Positions 37,429-49,779 of a stretch of 64,000 bases of DNA are shown here, piece by piece. The stretch lies in assembly GCA_024137785.1 (NCBI GenBank), contig JAHRHZ010000009.1, positions 43,630,554 through 43,694,553 of the forward strand. The letters run 5' to 3'. Within the stretch, counting starts at the first letter, position 1. Each line of letters starts with the position of its first letter. This stretch comes from Ginglymostoma cirratum (Eukaryota). The translations under genes were made by a program, and so were the position numbers. The notes below the pieces were generated by a model. The model was not told the DNA's origin and ran no database searches. It saw only the letters and a program-made list of their open reading frames with translations.

Positions 37429-39049
37429 GCTATTATTCTTCAGTGCAGCTTTGTTTTGGATAGGACAGTCAATATTTAAGAAGGGAAGGTTATGCCATGT
37501 GATATGTGAATAAAGCTGGTGAGAGCTGCAAATTTGCTTGCTGACCAGTTCAGTTTGAATGAGTATGGAGAAACTTGTGAATTGTGACTCTCTTGCCCAT
37601 AAACTTGGGATCACAATATTTGTGTTGCAATAGAAACACATACAATGAGAAGAAGCGCAGCACTACTACAGAAAGCACAATCAGTGATGCTCATAACTTG
37701 ACATTACTGATGTTAGCATCATCTTTAATATCTGTGACTGTTGGTTTTATTTGGTGTCATGTTAGTCCTGAGAAATGTTGGGATGGCAGCAGGTGTTGTT
37801 TCAAACCTGATACCAAATACACTGCAAATGTTTGCATGCTTCTTGATAGTACAAGCAAACGTCAGACTACTGTGTGTGCTGAAAATCATATCTGTTAAAT
37901 TAATCAACTGGCTATCCATTTGGACACAATGTTTTGTTTAAAATTACAGTTTGATCCTATGAGCAAGAGTACACACTGAAAGGTAGCTTATCATATTACA
38001 CACTTCATTGGATTTGGTTGACAAGGCTTTATAAAAATGTTTATAAGAATTATATTCAAATCTTTGACTCAGATCAAATGGTAGAAGTTTGGAAGAAGTT
38101 AATTTATTTCCCATTGTCATTTTGCATAACAAGATATTAAATAGCTTTTCATTTCTCTCTCCATCTTAGCAAAAAAATTGAGAGAATACAATGTCATTCC
38201 TTTAAGTATTCACATCCAGTAATTAGCATGCCATGTGTAAATAAGCTGCAAATCTTATTGGAGAATGACCCTTCTTAATGTTCAAACATTTATTTCGCAT
38301 CAAGAGGAATTGCACTAGCTTAGCCTAGATGTTATAAACACCTGCCTTTGTCCTCTGTGGATCTCAATGCTGTTGGGTAGCTGGCTCTGATACTGTAGTT
38401 TGGCAGCTATGCTGAAGCAACATGCGGATTCAGTAACTGAAGAACAGGTGTTCTTTCCCATTCTGTAATATACTTGATATCTCCCTGCTGATTAACCTAT
38501 AATCTATTTCTTCATATCACTGTTCCTCCCTCTTAATTGTTCAAAAGCAGACAGATCACTGTCAGAATCCCAAATATTTCCTTATTGAAATACAAGTTTG
38601 GGATGGACCAAGTGTGAAGTGCTTAAGACTAGTTTCATCTCAGAATAATTTAAACTTTTGTTCTCCCTTAATGAATGAATACAGTTCTTATAAATATCAT
38701 GGTCATCATGTGCTCCTCCTCAAAATTATAAATGCTAGGAAATGATGAACAATCTTCCCACGCTTAGAGCTATAACGTCAGAGGTCTACAGCACAGAAAA
38801 AGGTCTTTCAGCCCATCCACTCTGTGCCAGTCAAAAACAAGCACCTAACGTAGGATGTCAGTTCCTAACACATGATAGCTTTCATCTGATACCTACTTAG
38901 TGCTTTGAGCTGAAATTAATGTGCTTACCATTTGAATTTAAATCAACTGTTCAGGTAAAGTATAATGCATTTCACCATCACGTAAGATTATCAATTTCGT
39001 TACATTTGAATGAGAGTAGTTTTGTACTTCTAATCAATGCTCCCTGAGA

Positions 39050-40870
39050 CTTGAATTTAAAGGGCTCAAATTCATTATAGAAAAGACACCTTTCAGCATT
39101 TCCTAGCATAAAAAGGAAATCCCAAAGTAGTAAGAGGAGGGGTAGGGTTGATTCGTGTCCAAAAGGGAAATGTACACTTCAAAGCCAAAGACATAGAGGA
39201 GGTTTAATAATTGTTTTGCATCTACCAAGGAGGTAGATGTTATCCAGGCTGTGGTGAAAGAGGAGCAAACTTAATCATTACAAGGATTGAAGATCAATAA
39301 GGAGGAAGAACAGGAAAAATCTGTCAGTAAAGTTGATAAGGCACTGGCACCAAAGCCCTTCATCCTAGGTTAAGAAAGAGAGAGCCGACATTGCTGAGGC
39401 ACCAACAACAATCTTTCCTAAATTTTTCTAAAAAGATTGAAAAGATCAGACCAGCAATTACAGATCAGTCAGTTTAAATTCAGTGGTGGGAAAACTAATA
39501 GAAAGAATTAATTGTAATAGAATTAATAGACACATAGAAAAAACATGGATTGATTTGCAAGAGCCCACATGGCTTTATTAAGAAAAAATCATGTCTAACC
39601 AACTTGTTGGATTTTTGTGAAGAGTATGAGGGCAAGGCCCTTGATGGACATGAACTTCCAATCCTGCAGCATTCAACAGACTTGTGAGCAAAGTCATAAG
39701 TCATAGAATAAGACGGACAGTAGCAATGTGGATGTAAAATTAATCCTGTCGTTAATCGATGAATCTATGACTCTATCACAAGAAATAGAGAACAACGGTA
39801 ATTGGGTATTTTCCAGGCTGGAAGAAGGTTTGCAATGGATTTCCCCAATCTTTTTCTGAAATATATATAAATAATCCAAATCTTGGTATGCAGGAGACAA
39901 TTTCAAAGATTAAGGATGACTCAGATCTTGGGAAAACTTTGAACTGTGAGGACAAATGTAGAGGAATTCAGAAGGACATTCCCGCATTGGTGGAGTAGGC
40001 GGATAGGTGATAGAGGAGGTTTAGTGTAGAGAAGTGTGAGGTGATGTACTTTGGTACAAAGAACACAGGGAGATAGTATTAAAAAGTGTACTATTGTAAA
40101 GGTATGCAGGTGCAGAGAGGCCTGGTTGTATATGCACATAAAGAGACAAGACCCTTCAGTTATAAGGAAAGATCAGACAAGCTGGGACTGGTTTCCTTGG
40201 AAAGGTGGCTGAGCAGAGATTTGATAGGGGTCTAGATAAAGTGGATTGCAAAAAAAATGGCTCCACTTGTAAATGGATCGAAAATCAGACAGCACAATTA
40301 TAAACTGCTTTGCAAATGGAGGAGTAGGCAGTGGTATATTGGTAATGTCACTGGACAATTAATCCAGAACTCCAGGCTAATGAGCTGGTTTCACAATAGC
40401 AGATAGTGAAATATCAATTCAATTTTAAAAAGGTCTGGAATAAAACGATAGCCTAATTGAGAACTGTTGATTGTTGTAAAACCCATTTGGTTCAATAGGG
40501 AAGGAAATCTGCCAGCCTCACCTGATCTGTCCTACATATGACAGAAATGTACAAAAATATGATCAACTTTTAACTTGGGCAGTTGGGGATGCCCACTTCT
40601 CATGAATGAATGAAAATTAAACGCAATGTTAGAAAAATGTTACTTTTCTCATTCAGTGAGTAGCAAGGTTCTAGAATACACTGCCAGGAGGTGTAATGGA
40701 AGTTGGCTTAATTGAGGCATTTAAGAGGGCATTGGATGATGATTTAAATAAAAACAATTTGCAAGGTTAGCGAAAAAAGGCAGGGGGTTTTCAATAAGTT
40801 AAAATGTTCAGATGCAGGTGCAGACATAATACACTGAATAGCTTCCTCAGGACTGTAAACCCTTCTGTGA
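39050..40870 (+). mobile_element. CR1 LINE ORF2 remnant (RT to 3' UTR), interrupted by a SINE
   Basis: NYRSVSLNSVVGKLIE at about 39456, HGFIKKKSCLTNLLDF at about 39567, DD..LG at about 39915, and the 3' UTR at about 40650-40870. Confidence 0.8.
40320..40616 (+). mobile_element. tRNA-derived SINE (second family) with a tail resembling the 21190 LINE family
   Basis: Head ggcagtggtatattggtaatgtcactgga, core aaaacccatttggttca..agggaaggaaatctgcc, tail gatgcccacttctcatgaatgaatgaaaa. Confidence 0.7.
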
Positions 40871-41275
40871 TTCATTCCATTCATCTAAGCATTGAATTGA
40901 AGTCAAATCTGAGAGATGAAGGAAGATTGTGCCAAATCAGCTGTTTACCAAGACTCCCAAATAACTTTTTGAAAGAAATAAATGGAAGGCAGATCTACCA
41001 GATTGAATTTTGTGTAGGTGATGTAAGTACAGATCATTAATGGGAGAACCAGTTGGAAATACACAGCACCTCTCTGAAGGGTAACCAGCATATTAATTAC
41101 AATTAAACACATTACCAATCAATACAGGCAGGCCACAGAATTAGATCCCGTGAATTGGAAATCCCCGCCTGTGAGAACTGATCTGTTGACACCTTTGCCA
41201 TAATGTGAGATCACATCTTTGGTTTCTGGGATTTGGGAGTTGTTTATAAACAGACCCTCAGAAACTACCACAGAT

Positions 41276-41612
41276 GTAGTGATGGGCTTTTTGTTTTAAG
41301 CTGGGTATCAAATCTGACAGGGTGTTACTTACATTAGCTACAGTAATTATAAGAACTAGATATAAGTCACATAGCACTGCAAAATTCACTATTAATTACA
41401 GCTCCTGATATTTACACATATTACAACACAGGTACTCCATGTGGAGTAGAATTAAGGAATTCAGTTGCAAGCCGTAACATGCTTCGACCAGTGAGTCAAG
41501 CTTCAAGTAGCCCCAGTAAGATAGAAAATAAGACTCTTATACTCTCAAGTCATATGTTATGACACAGTGATGACATCTTGACCATGTCTGTAAAACGTAT
41601 ATGCATACTAAC
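41276..41612 (-). mobile_element. Candidate solo LTR
   Basis: Starts tgtagtg; reverse TATA-like cttatac and gtgatgacatc near the right end. No clear TSD. Confidence 0.35.
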
Positions 41613-42769
41613 TGCAGGTAGAGCAGGCACACATGGGTATAGATTCAAGAGATGATCAAAGGTAAGATTGAAAAACAGCAATCAGGATACTATGAAAAGC
41701 CAGGAAAGAAGTCACAAAGTGAAGAGACTTAGAAAGAAATTGCTGATATTACCCTGATAGCACTGTGCATGGACCTGCACAACATGGACTGTCTTGGTTC
41801 AAAAATATGATTCATAATAAATCTCCCAAGGACAACTTGGCAACAATAATAAATGCTGAACATGTCAGTGTCACATACATCTCAAGAACTAATGATAAAA
41901 AGAGTACAGTCAACTTTCCTTCGATTAAGTGTCATCTTGAAGATAGTGTTGGATGCAGATAAGTCTGCAAATTGTGCAATGTAAACCTAGAAGATATTGC
42001 AAATGTTGGGTAGTATCAGTTCATGAAAGAATCCATAAAACAAAGCAAACATAAAAACAGAAGTAGGCTATTGAGTTTGCCTGGCCTGTTCTGCCACTTG
42101 ACGAGATTGTCTACGTCTATGCCATTTTCCTTCAATTTCCCTGTATCCTTTTACATGATTAGCACCCAGCAACCTACTGATTTTCATTTCCTTTTAATAG
42201 TGTTATTCCTACTGGCTTTCTTACCCTCCCAAATTGTGACTGATCTACAAGCAGTATAATTAGAAGCTGACAGCTCATCTGTTCAATACAAACTAGGCCC
42301 AGCTACTAAAATCAGTCAGTTCATAGAATCAGATAGGCATTACAGATTCTATTTCGATTTCTGTCTTGAACTTGCTGAAAGATAATGAATTTAGTACTTT
42401 AGAGGATAGATTGGTTAGTAAGAACAAAGTGATAGCTAAACAAGAGTTGATGAAGATAGAATAGAGAAGCTATTAGTTGGAGATTCCCAGAATAGAAATT
42501 AGAAACCGTTACATTTTACTGAATTCAGCACTCATATAATAGAAGCATGAGTAAGTGTTTCAGTCTAGGGGGCAGTGAGGCAGTGGATTTAGCATAATGC
42601 ACACTGAATACTGGGAAAGGTAGTATGGTGGACTCAACATGCAATTCTAGGAACCTGAACAGTTTTAAGATCATTGACAAAAGAAACAAGAAAATAAGGG
42701 AACTACTTTAGCATAGTTTTATTCAACCCGCAAAACTCTGGGGGAAGCGGTGGTCTGTTGGTATTGTAA

Positions 42770-42976
42770 AAAAGTAAATTTGCCATAGCCCAGAACCCTC
42801 ATTAGAGAGGGGCAACTGATTGTGGTTTAACCTAAGGGTCAGCATGCCTCAGGCAAAGGAAGAGGTTGTAAGGGATAGCCTTTCATGGCAACTTCAGCCA
42901 GAGTAGTAATTGAACCCACAATGGTGGTGTTACTACATTACAAACTAGCCATCCAGCCAACTGAGCTAACCAACCA
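42770..42976 (-). mobile_element. tRNA-derived SINE (third family)
   Basis: Minus strand head ggttagctcagttggctgg (A box) ... gggttcaatt (B box); tail shared with 62231-62321. Confidence 0.75.
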
Positions 42977-43286
42977 GGACTGGCAACTAATTGGATAGCT
43001 CCTTCAAAAAGCTTGAAAACACATAAATGCCTCCCGAATACTTTGTGTGATTTATTGACAAAGGAAGGTGTGATCTCCTCCAAATACACTTATCACAATC
43101 GATTGGCAATTCACAAGGGACCTGTTTGAAAATTAACCTTGCAAAACTGGACATGAGGCTTGTACCCAGAAATTCAGGGTTAGCTTGTGAATTTTAGATA
43201 TAAAATAGCTTTTTCTTTTCCACAATCCAATAATCAAAGAAGAAATCAGCAAGTCAGCTAATAATACTGAGTAAACAGACAGTTTG

Positions 43287-43405
43287 CAGGTTTCCTGTTG
43301 CACAGTCTAAGTATCCCTGTCTCTGAGGAAGAGGACCTGTGTTCCACTCCCATCTGTTCCAGAGGTGTACCCATAACATGTCTGAACAGGTGGATTAGAA
43401 ATATA
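43287..43405 (+). mobile_element. Short tRNA-like SINE remnant
   Basis: B-box-like gtgttccactccc followed by ccagaggtgtacccataacatgtctgaacaggtggattag. Confidence 0.4.
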
Positions 43406-44749
43406 TACTGTAATTCAGACTTCAGGTGGGAACTATTTCTAAACAGACAATTTGCAATGCAAGCGGTTCAGCTGATGAAATATACATTCAGGTAACACTA
43501 AGCCAAAACAGTTTGCAAGCCAGAAGGGATAATGTAAAGAACATATTTGCTGTATTGGATGGTTGACAGATATTTTGTACAAAGCTGACCAATGTAAAAT
43601 AGAAACATAGTATGACAATATTTAATCTCAGGCTTCAGAGCATAATTTAGTTAGATAGAGTGCCGTGACATCCTGAAAGCACTTGCAAGTTACTGGAGGC
43701 AGGAGGTGACAGAGATAGAGCAAAGAGATATCCACAGATGATAATGCACCACATTTCTCAAGAAGAAGACCAACTTCTGAGCCCTCAGAACTGATTTGAC
43801 AAAGGACCAAATGATCATTGAGTTTAGCAAATCATAAGGTAACCTCAAAATGAACCTTTCTCAAATACGCCTGAAGCACACTATGATTTAAAGTTCACTT
43901 GCGCTCATCAAATGTTTGTAGAGATTCATTAATGTTTACCTAAATGTGTAACAATATATTGATTTCAAGCAAAAATGTGCAACAAAACACTGATTACATC
44001 TTTGTTGCCAACTAACTGTGTGTTGCAAACAAAAACATTTAACACAAAACATGTTGTGAATCAAAGACCTATCTGAATACCTTGTACTACATTGAATCTT
44101 TATCCATTAAAATATTAGTTCTGATGATATAGTTGGTGAATGCTGTTAATAGTCTTACTTCCTTACTTGACTTAGTTCATGATAATTCTGGAAAATCATT
44201 TTTCATTTGATAGGCAAGAGATTGCAGATTAGAATCATTTTATTCTGCAAGGCCTTGCCTAAACAATAAAAAGTAATTTTCCAGCATCATCGAAGACTAA
44301 CTCAGTTAAAAATGTACTCGTTAACAGTATTCAGCATCTAATTGATAAACCTTTTATACAGATATTATTAAAAAGATGAAGAAATCATCATTGAGCAAGA
44401 TGAATACATTTCTGTTCACTCTGAAATTAACCCCAATCTTAATCCAAACTTCACTCTTGTAGTTTGACAACTAGAATTGACTGTTTGATAGCACCATGGT
44501 ATGCATTTAGATATGGGTGGGTCTCAGAAACAATGATGTCTAATACTATGAGCTTACTGATTTAGCAGCTGAGCCTCGTTTAAGTAGAGAAGATGAGCTA
44601 TCAGTTTGTAATTACACTGTTTAGAGACCAATCACAATTTGGGAAGCTGGGAAAACCAGTAAGCATACAACTATTAAAAGGAAATAGACAATGCTGAATG
44701 AAAGATGCACATTTAAGAAGTGTTCAGTGAACAATGTAATAATGACACC

Positions 44750-45712
44750 AGTCAAAACGACCCTCATTGAATAATGTAATAATTTCCAGGTTTGAGCTGA
44801 CAGGTGTTAAGTAGCATTCATGCCAGACAATGACCCATCTCCTTTAAGAGATAATCTAACTATTGCCCCTTAATATTCAATGGCATTACATCACTATCAA
44901 CATCCTGAGGGTTACCATTAACCAGAAACTCAATTGGACTCACTATATAATTATCGTGGCTAGAAGAGTCAGAGGCTGGGAATGCTGCAGCAAGTAACTC
45001 ACTTTCTGACATCCCAAATACCATCCACCGTATGCCTGGAAGAATGCAGCTTCAAGAACACTCAAGAAGTTTGACACCGTCCAGAACATAGCAGCCTGCT
45101 TGATTGCCACCAAATCCACAAACATCTACTCTGTCCACCACAAACACTCGTTAGCAATACTGCCTACCATCCTTACAATGCACTACAAAGTTCTGCCAAA
45201 GATCCTTTGCACATTCCAAACCTATGACCAGTACCATCTGGAAGGACAAGTGTTGCAGATACACAGGAAAACCATTATCTGCAGGTTCTCTCTGTTGTGT
45301 TGAAGCTTCCTTTGGAGCCAGAAATTATACGCCAGTTGAACGAATGGTAAATCTCAACAGGAACTTTATTAATGATACTCACACCTTCACAGCCAGATCT
45401 AGACGGGACCCAAAGTCCGTCCCTCTGGGTCACTTGACCAGATCTCTTAAAGAGGCAGCACCCCATCTATTAAATTATGCTCTCCAAGGTACCCACTATG
45501 CTGACTTGGAAATATCACTGTTTCTTCATTCTCATCATTACAAAATCCTGAAATTTCCTCTCTCACATAATTGTGGATCTATCTACAGCACATGGACTGC
45601 CATGGTTCAAGAAGGCAGCCCACCTCCACCTGCTCAAGGGCAACTAGGGTGGGCAATAAATGCCAACTCAGTCAATTACACTCACATCCATGAGTGAATA
45701 GTAAAACAAAAA
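44750..45712 (+). mobile_element. CR1/L2-clade LINE 3' fragment (21190 family), split by a solo LTR
   Basis: tcaacatcctgagggttaccattaaccagaaactcaattggactcactatataa matches 21667-21720; same 3' tail. Confidence 0.85.
45293..45479 (-). mobile_element. Gypsy solo LTR (187 bp) with perfect 5-bp TSD
   Basis: TSD ctctc at 45288-45292 and 45480-45484. The minus strand ggtgctgcctctttaagagatctggtcaagtgacc..aataaag..caacacaaca resembles the LTRs of 14632-19599. Confidence 0.85.
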
Positions 45713-46171
45713 CATGGAAATCCTTTTCAGACTAATTGTAGGCAGCAAACATGTGCCTAAAAATATCAGTCATCAGTCATTGAGAAAGGTGCTTGGGTTG
45801 GTGAACGTCAGCAACGTAGATGCTCGAACATGGTTCCAATGCATGGTAGAATGTAGTCACTCTTCCAGAGGTGCTAAGGAAGACTCATTTTCACATCACT
45901 CTTGTTTTCCACATGGCATGACAAGACCAAACTTTAGCTGTATCATGAGCAATCCCTTCTTGCTTGACAATCCTCTCATCAAGTCACAACAGAACTGCAT
46001 TTCCTCTTCTTTGCATTCAATACCTGCTATTAGCTTCACAATGACTTCTTCCACTTGTCACACTCACTGCTTCTTCCTCTCCACATATACAATAACCTGC
46101 TTCATGCATCCTCTGAATTTTTGAACAGGATCACACATTTTGTGGACGTGCTGGTGTTAGACTGGTGTGGA

Positions 46172-46335
46172 CAAAGTCAGAAGTCACATAACACCAGGTC
46201 ATAATCCAACAGGTGTTTTGAAATCACAAGCTTTCGGAGAACTGCTTCTTCACCTGATGGAGGAGCTGCACTCTGAAAGCTTGTGATTTCAAAAAGCCTG
46301 TTGGACTATAACCTGATTTTGTGTGACTTCTGGCT
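46172..46335. mobile_element. Palindromic mini-element with overlapping hammerhead motifs on both strands
   Basis: Arms gtcagaagtcacataacaccaggtcataatccaacaggtgttttgaaatcacaagctttcggag / ctctgaaagcttgtgatttcaaaaagcctgttggactataacctgattttgtgtgacttctggc. Confidence 0.88.
46250..46286 (+). ncRNA. Minimal type-I hammerhead ribozyme motif with one core substitution
   Basis: Stem I UCAC (46250-46253) / GUGA (46283-46286); core CUGAUG(G)A; stem II GGAG-cugca-CUCU; GAAA at 46275-46278; palindromic stem III AGCU; CUU triplet at 46280-46282. Confidence 0.65.
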
Positions 46336-47569
46336 AGGTCACATATGAACATATTTCTACTTGTTTGCAGGGAAGGAGACTCCAACCAATGGGACTCTTC
46401 AAGGACAGAAGCAATGTCCAGCTATTCGCAACATTGATTACAATGGAAGGCAATATGACAATATCAAATTATAGAGCAGGTTTGAGGGACCAAACGGCCT
46501 ACTCGGCCTCCTAATTCATATGTTTGTTATGATAGTACTTGAACTCGGTGGCAGAGGGACCAAGATATGGGATTTAGACTTCTCCTATTCCTGTTATCTT
46601 TCTACTTAACTCACTGACTTACCAAATGTGCAGAGTATGTCAACCTAGGTCTTTAATCCATTGCCACTCAGATGTTTACCCTTGCCAGTGTGTGCTATTT
46701 CTTATCTCAACATCACCTTCTAGGTTCTTTAAATGATTTTGACTATTGCAACAACACAGATGGAAAGAGGCAAAATTTCTGAAGAAACACCATTACTGAC
46801 TTTAATCTTAGCAAGCATGAGTACGGACATCCCTATCACAGAACTGCGCAGGTCGATTCAAGTTGACTAATTATGGAGCGAGGATAGAATGGAAATCCCA
46901 GGAAGTTTGTGGCTAGACCCCATTCTCAGGGTCCAACTGTGTAGAAGAGAACAAAGATGCTGCCTTTGCAAGAGCAGCTTCCAAACATGAAATACTTTCT
47001 GTAACGTTCTGTCAGCGCTGAAAGCATCAGAAACTGGTTGGCAGGGAGCTACCACTCTATGTTAAAAATGGTGGAGAACGCCACTATAAACTCGTCTGGT
47101 GATGTTGTTATTATTGTTGCGCACAGAGTTTGGAGTGTATGCTCACCTCAATAAACAATGCAGCATAAACCTTGCAGGGGACTTTGACACCAGCAGTCAT
47201 ATCATTCCTTAGCCATGCAGTCCTGGGCTCAGTCATTTTCTCCACTTTAGACAGGGTTGAAGACAGAACAAATGAAGACTTTGGACTGATTACACAATGT
47301 GTGCACTTAGGTCTACTGCAGGTAAGTGGCGGTTTGGAGATACAAACCAATCATGAGGTGAATTACTCAATATGAGTGGAACAGATTTCCCTTCTTCTTA
47401 GGGCGACAGCAATTCTACAATTCACTAATTATTCGGGCAATATCTTCTCTATTGTCTAAAACCACTTAGGTAAGGAGCTGAGATGCTGAAATATGCAGAT
47501 GGGTCTTTGAAGTCCTGAATGTAAAAGGGTCAATGACCAGCTAAATTTCAGGACATATTTATGCCACAG

Positions 47570-47860
47570 AAATACTTCATGTTTTGTGATAGATTTTTTG
47601 TGAGCCATTTCATAGAACCGTGAGAGTAGACAAGGAAACAATAAGGGTAAATATTAGGGGCTCATGCAAAGGTGATAATTATTGAGCAGACATTTATAGC
47701 AGATAGCAAAATTATAGTTATTTTGAGTTCTTTGTGTACAGACTGTTCCTGCGCTATTTAGTGAATCAGCAATGTCAGATGACATACATAACAAGAGGGG
47801 CCTTCAGGCAGATGTCACTTCTTTGAGGCTGGAAGGTTAAGGACAATTAATGGATGTAAC
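47570..47860 (+). mobile_element. Degenerate CR1 RT fragment
   Basis: Weak match to the DF.KAFD.VPH.RL..K...G..G region; many deletions. Confidence 0.4.
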
Positions 47861-48169
47861 AATTAATGCAGTGTAGCAGCAATTGTTCGGCTGAAACTCT
47901 CATTAATGATCTGCTGTGGAACAGCTCTCGATGCAGGCAAGTGTTTCTCAATCATCTTCAATATCATCAGTGCTGTTCCTTTCATCATGGTGAAGGTCAT
48001 CATCCAATGATGTGTCTCTGCTGCTCACATCGCAAGGAAGGGGCACATAGTATATGGGTCAACCAAGAATATATGAGACAAAATTTGGATCTATCAGAGA
48101 AAAATACCAGACCTGTGCAGCTTGTGTAATCATGGCTCCAATGGTCTGGATGAAGATTCCAGTTAGCAC

Positions 48170-48400
48170 AAGAATTTGAATATAGCACACTTAGCCACTA
48201 ACCATGTGCTGTTGATAAGTCCCACAGATAGAGCGGAAGAAGATAATCGTTGGCCTCATGGAGTTAATCTGCTGCTTGTTATGCAGATGCAAAGGGATAA
48301 AGTATTGCCAAAGCATAAATGCTTCATTACAGTTGCCAGGAAGTTATCACAGAGGTATGCCTGCTGTGCCAGTAGTCATCAAAAACTCATTTATCATTAA
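48170..48400 (+). pseudogene. PIF/Harbinger transposase catalytic-core fragment
   Basis: TNHVLLISP..DNRWPHGVNLLLV, then after a frameshift INA..LPGSYH, resembling IDGTHV.I..P..NRKG.HS.NVQ.VCD...A..PGS.HD. Confidence 0.55.
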
Positions 48401-48646
48401 CGGGTTGGAAGCTTTTGCAATTCCTGAAAACAGTGGACCAATTTGAAGAATTTCATACAACAATATTATTATGATCAATGGCAACAATTGCAGGAAATCT
48501 GCAATCTGTGCATATCCAAAAGGCCTCTGTTGTTCTTTCCCGAGTATCGTTGAGGTGGGCTGGAGGGGGTTGGAAAGTGAAATATAGTTTTTTTCTTAGC
48601 AAGCGTAAACTGCAAGTCCAGTGCAACCTTGAATGACAGCAGCTAT

Positions 48647-49120
48647 GACTTGTATTTATTTGGAACTTTTAATATGATAAAGCATCCCAAAGCGCTTCGT
48701 TAAGAAATTTTCTAACCAGCTGAGGCACAAAAGAAGATATTCAAGCAGATTACTAAAAGTTCTGTCTAAGAGTCTTAAAGTAAGAGAGAGGGAGTTCCAG
48801 ATCTTGAGGCTTGACAGCTAAATGTACAACCACCTACAGTGGAGCAACTGAAATTGAAAAAGCAAAGAAACAAGAATTGGAGGAGCACATATATCACAGA
48901 ACAATGTGGGGCTGGAGGAGATTACAGCAATAGAAAGTGATGTGACCATGGGAAGATTTGAAAACAAAGATGTAAGTTCTAAAATCTAGAATCTACATAA
49001 CTGGGAGCCAAGGTGGGTCAATGAAGGCGGGGTGATAAGTGAATGTGACTTGGTACAAATAAAGACATGGGCAGCATGGAGTTTTAGAGGTCATGAAGTT
49101 TATTCAGGATGATCATTAAG
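48647..49120 (-). mobile_element. L2 LINE 3' end
   Basis: acttgtatttatttggaacttttaatatgataaagcatcccaaagcgcttc is a typical L2 terminus; followed by gagttccaga..gacagctaaa..ggaggagattacag..gatttgaaaacaaag. Confidence 0.7.
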
Positions 49121-49477
49121 AGACTCGTCAAGGAGGAGCAAATGGCTGCAGTGACTGAAATGGAACAGGCGGAGCAATAATAGGTATGTCATTGGGTACA
49201 AGGGCTTATTGTAGGAAGACAACTTTGTGACAGCCCTTGGCCAAGTGCAGGAATATTAACTTGAAATTATATATTGTCTCGGCACAGTAAAGATTTTGAT
49301 TGACATTGATTTCCAGTAGCTGCATTAATTGTCACTTCCTCCTATTGTTACTGCAGCTCATCCGCTTCTTCCACTGGTCAGAGTAAAATTGCCAGAAGTA
49401 TCTCTATGCTGAAAATAAATTGCCGTGTTTCTTTAAAGAAAACAGCAGTGTCTATTTGGGGTGACACCAACCCATTT

Positions 49478-49779
49478 GGGGCGGCAAAGGGGCTCAGTAG
49501 TTAGCACTGCCGCCTCACAGCACCAGCGACCCGGGTTTGTGGAGTTTGCACATTCTCCCCGTGTCTGCATGGGTTTCCTCCAGGTGCTCCAGTTTCCTCC
49601 CACAGTCCAAAGATGTGCAGGCTAGGTGGATTGGCCATGCTAAATTGCCCATAGCATTCAGGGATGTGTAGGTTAGGTGGGTTACAGGGGGATGGGTCTG
49701 GGTGGGATGCTCTGAGAGTCAGTGTGGACTTATCGGGCCAAAGGGCCTGTTTCCGCGCTGTAGGGTTTCTATGATTCTA
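49478..49779 (+). mobile_element. HE1/V-SINE-like tRNA SINE with a deletion over the B box
   Basis: gggcggcaaaggggctcagtagttagcactgccgcctcacagc...tgtagggtttctatgattcta. Confidence 0.92.

Noticed and set aside
45224-45697. 157-aa ORF as a host gene
   Set aside because: It is chance read-through of LINE 3' sequence and an antisense solo LTR.
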